Shown here piece after piece: positions 60,689-64,000 of a DNA stretch of 64,000 nt (the stretch's first letter is position 1; every line of letters begins with the position of its first letter). This DNA comes from Chara braunii (lineage: Eukaryota; Plantae; Charophyceae), in contig BFEA01000020.1 of NCBI GenBank assembly GCA_003427395.1, forward strand, positions 3,941,767 through 4,005,766, given 5' to 3'. Made by a program: the position numbers and the translations under genes. The notes beneath the pieces are model-generated. The model was not told the DNA's origin, made no database searches, and saw only the letters and a list, made by a program, of their open reading frames with translations.

Positions 60689-61301
60689 TTTTTTTTTAAA
60701 AGGGCGATGGCCTTGAGGTATATCGCAAGTAATGACAGGTTTGGGAAAAAAAAAAGAAAAAAAAAAAAAGAGGAGGAGAAGAAGGAAAAAAAAGAAACCA
60801 GTCGATGGGAGTTGTTATGGTGGGATGCTGGACAACATCTTATAAGGTGCTGTGTCTTGGCTGTGTGATGACGTGTGGCATCTGAATGTTTTCAGCTGCA
60901 GCCTGCTGGGCTAACAGGACATCCAAATGCTACCGTCTGCCCCCGAATAGAACCCCGAATCGAACAGACGGTCATTACCGCTGTATCAGACGGTAGCCGT
61001 AATGACCCTCTGTTCGCTGTCCTGACGGGACATCTGAATGCTGGCTGGTATGTTGACATGGCATATGTGGGATCTGAATGTTGGCTGCTGTGGTGAGTTG
61101 GGCCTAGCTCCACTTCACAACACTTTCCATGCATTTCGACGGTTTCTGGACCGGGGATACATTCAAAATGTTGGACTCATCCGAATGCCCCTTGTCCAAA
61201 AAGCGTCCAAATGCATGCAGAGTGTTGTGTAGTGGAGCGAGGCCCATTGTGTGTGTCGTTCTTGGCTGCTATGCTGATGTGGGTGTTGGAATCTCGCCCA
61301 G

Positions 61302-61384
61302 AAACGAAGGCCGAGTTGCAGACCGAGGAATTGCCAGCTGTGCGGCGTGCGGTGAGGTTTCGTCCATGCATTGACATTCATAAG
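61302..61384 (+). CDS. HISN3: Exon of plant HisA-type 5'-ProFAR isomerase (HISN3/HIS6 family)
   Basis: Encodes ...AVRRAVRFRPCIDIHK, the conserved start of the eukaryotic HisA domain (FRPCIDIHxG); CTGAT branch-like site, cccag acceptor, GTGAGC donor. An alternative acceptor at 61321 is possible. Other exons not located (gap or outside window). Confidence 0.8.
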
Positions 61385-61618
61385 GTGAGCAGATTGAGCC
61401 CACATTCAATCCTTTGTCTTGCATCTCTGTCTCTGTCTCTGTCTCTGTCTCTGTCTCTGTCTCTATCTCTGTCTCTGTCTCTATCTCTGTCTCTGTCTCT
61501 GTCTCTGTCTCTGTCTCTGTCTCTCTCTCTGTGTCTGTGTGTGTCCATACTCTCTCTCTCTCTCACTCTCTCTCTCTCTCTCGCTCTCACTCACTCTCTC
61601 TCTCTCTCTCTCTCTCTC

Positions 61619-61690
<72 letters not shown>

Positions 61691-64000
61691 NNNNNNNNNN
61701 NNNNNNNNNNNNNNNNNNNNNNNNNNNNNNNNNNNNNNNNNNNNNNNNNNNNNNNNNNNNNNNNNNNNNNNNNNNNNNNNNNNNNNNNNNNNNNNNNNNN
61801 NNNNNNNNNNNNNNNNNNNNNNNNNNNNNNNNNNNNNNNNNNNNNNNNNNNNNNNNNNNNNNNNNNNNNNNNNNNNNNNNNNNNNNNNNNNNNNNNNNNN
61901 NNNNNNNNNNNNNNNNNNNNNNNNNNNNNNNNNNNNNNNNNNNNNNNNNNNNNNNNNNNNNNNNNNNNNNNNNNNNNNNNNNNNNNNNNNNNNNNNNNNN
62001 NNNNNNNNNNNNNNNNNNNNNNNNNNNNNNNNNNNNNNNNNNNNNNNNNNNNNNNNNNNNNNNNNNNNNNNNNNNNNNNNNNNNNNNNNNNNNNNNNNNN
62101 NNNNNNNNNNNNNNNNNNNNNNNNNNNNNNNNNNNNNNNNNNNNNNNNNNNNNNNNNNNNNNNNNNNNNNNNNNNNNNNNNNNNNNNNNNNNNNNNNNNN
62201 NNNNNNNNNNNNNNNNNNNNNNNNNNNNNNNNNNNNNNNNNNNNNNNNNNNNNNNNNNNNNNNNNNNNNNNNNNNNNNNNNNNNNNNNNNNNNNNNNNNN
62301 NNNNNNNNNNNNNNNNNNNNNNNNNNNNNNNNNNNNNNNNNNNNNNNNNNNNNNNNNNNNNNNNNNNNNNNNNNNNNNNNNNNNNNNNNNNNNNNNNNNN
62401 NNNNNNNNNNNNNNNNNNNNNNNNNNNNNNNNNNNNNNNNNNNNNNNNNNNNNNNNNNNNNNNNNNNNNNNNNNNNNNNNNNNNNNNNNNNNNNNNNNNN
62501 NNNNNNNNNNNNNNNNNNNNNNNNNNNNNNNNNNNNNNNNNNNNNNNNNNNNNNNNNNNNNNNNNTTTTTTTTGTGTATATACTATATATCGTGAAACAG
62601 AGTATACATAATAAGTTGGAAGTCCCGAAAAAAAAATAAAAAAATAATAATAATAAGTTGGAATGCTTCTGGGTTGTTGTCTCTGGCAAATGTTGGTCAG
62701 GTTATTGTCTCTGGCAAACTTGAGAGCAATCTGCCCAGTTTGGCCTGTCGGTGGCAGGCTGGCAATCATCCTTCCACATTCACAATCGTTTTTATCCAAA
62801 TAGGACCCCTGGTCATTATGACTGAATCCAGACTTAAAGTTGGGTCAAATACAGTGACAATGACGGGGCGTTCTATTCGGCTGACGACAGTGGTCGTTTT
62901 CCGCTATCTTTGACTCGTGAGCTATTTTTAGTATTTTGCCTTTCCCTGATGTGCCTTTCCCTGATGTGCCTTTCCCAGGTGTCCCAAGAGTCCCAGTCCC
63001 GTGCACTACAACTGAACCGGCAAGCCCTGCGGCCGAAACGCCGACTCAGGCCCAGTAGGTCGTTAGAAGTCTTAAAAAAACCACCAGTACCTCCGAGCCT
63101 GTTTTTGCCGACCCTGATTTTCACTGCGCGCCAATTTTTGCCGAGCCTGGATTCCGTTTTGTTTCTTTTCTGGTACTCTTCTGGAAAAAAAAAAAAAAAC
63201 AACGACGGCCAGACTTTCAGAAAAGAACAAGCACGGGGTTACAGCCAGGCCGCTCATATCCACAAAAAAAAAAAAAGAGGAAAACCAAACACCCCTTCGG
63301 ACGTGATACCAGGTAGATATACCTACCCCAAAGTAGTTGTGTGAGTATGCCCTCAGTGAGGGCGTTATGGCAGGGGTGTCAGGTCCACAGATGGAAAAAA
63401 AAAAAAAAAAAAAAAAAGAAACTGAACTTAGGCCGGGAAAGCGGGTTCATACATTTCTGCGAAGTAGCAGTGTGGGCATGCCCTCCTTCACAAAGTGTCA
63501 GCAGCCCGTGGACTGAGCCGTGCCTCTCCGGAAAGGCACCAAAACAAGAGAAAAAAAGAAAAAGAAAACAAAAACACAGCCAGGGCCATAAGGACCTGTT
63601 TTATTGGGGTTGGGGGGGGGGCAACTAGAACCTGAAACTGGCCACAATAGCGGGTAGATTCAAACTTGTTACGCGTTTTTGTGTGTGCACAACTTCGTGC
63701 ATGGCCTTCCCCGACATGGCCTTTTCTTTTTCTTTGTGTTTTTCGAATGGGCCCAGAAGTCCCAACTTCCGAGCCTCGTCCGACCCCCGAAAAGTTCGGG
63801 AAAAAATGGGAAACTGCCAGTTTTCCCATTTTTCTTCCCAAGAGGTGAGCGAGGTTGTAGTGGTTTAAGTCGTTAGGAGTCCCGTAGGTCCGGTACCCGA
63901 CAGGAAAAGTCCCAAGTCCCAGTCTAAACTTAGCAGCAGCGTCTAGGGGAGGTCCGGGAACTTCTGGAACCGACAGAATTTCCATCTGACAGGCCTTGGA

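Noticed and set aside
57676-62799. Long ORFs of 210-466 aa in the track
   Set aside because: They are open only because they cross N gaps and microsatellites; only 61302-61384 is supported as coding.

Overview
Eukaryotic, repeat-rich, gapped draft-assembly window. The plant-type U6, SCAMP and HISN3 sequences and the huge TE-filled introns suggest a green-plant/streptophyte genome, possibly a charophyte alga (inference). Host genes: five minus-strand coding exons of a SCAMP gene (ATG at 18240, running off the window start) and one plus-strand exon of plant HisA/HISN3 (61302-61384). The centre is a nested mobile-element stack: a degenerate L1/Tx1-like LINE (ORF1 from ~31964, ORF2 34504-40126, poly(A) ending 46981) carrying an LTR-element fragment in ORF2 and a 6.1-kb element in its 3' UTR. 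That 6.1-kb element (40385-46506) is the most unusual object. It has TGTGACG...CGTCACA termini, imperfect ~40-bp inverted ends and a 4-bp TSD (CGTA), like a Ginger-type DNA transposon. Yet it encodes Gypsy-type protease, RT and RNase H plus a separate PHD-finger/integrase reading frame, with no LTR, PBS or recognisable gag. The window also holds six U6 snRNA-derived pieces (one joined to a LINE at a TT/AAAA site), Penelope-type minimal hammerhead ribozymes, tRNA-derived SINE heads, a ~110-bp palindromic MITE family and many micro/minisatellites. Most ORFs in the supplied track are spurious.
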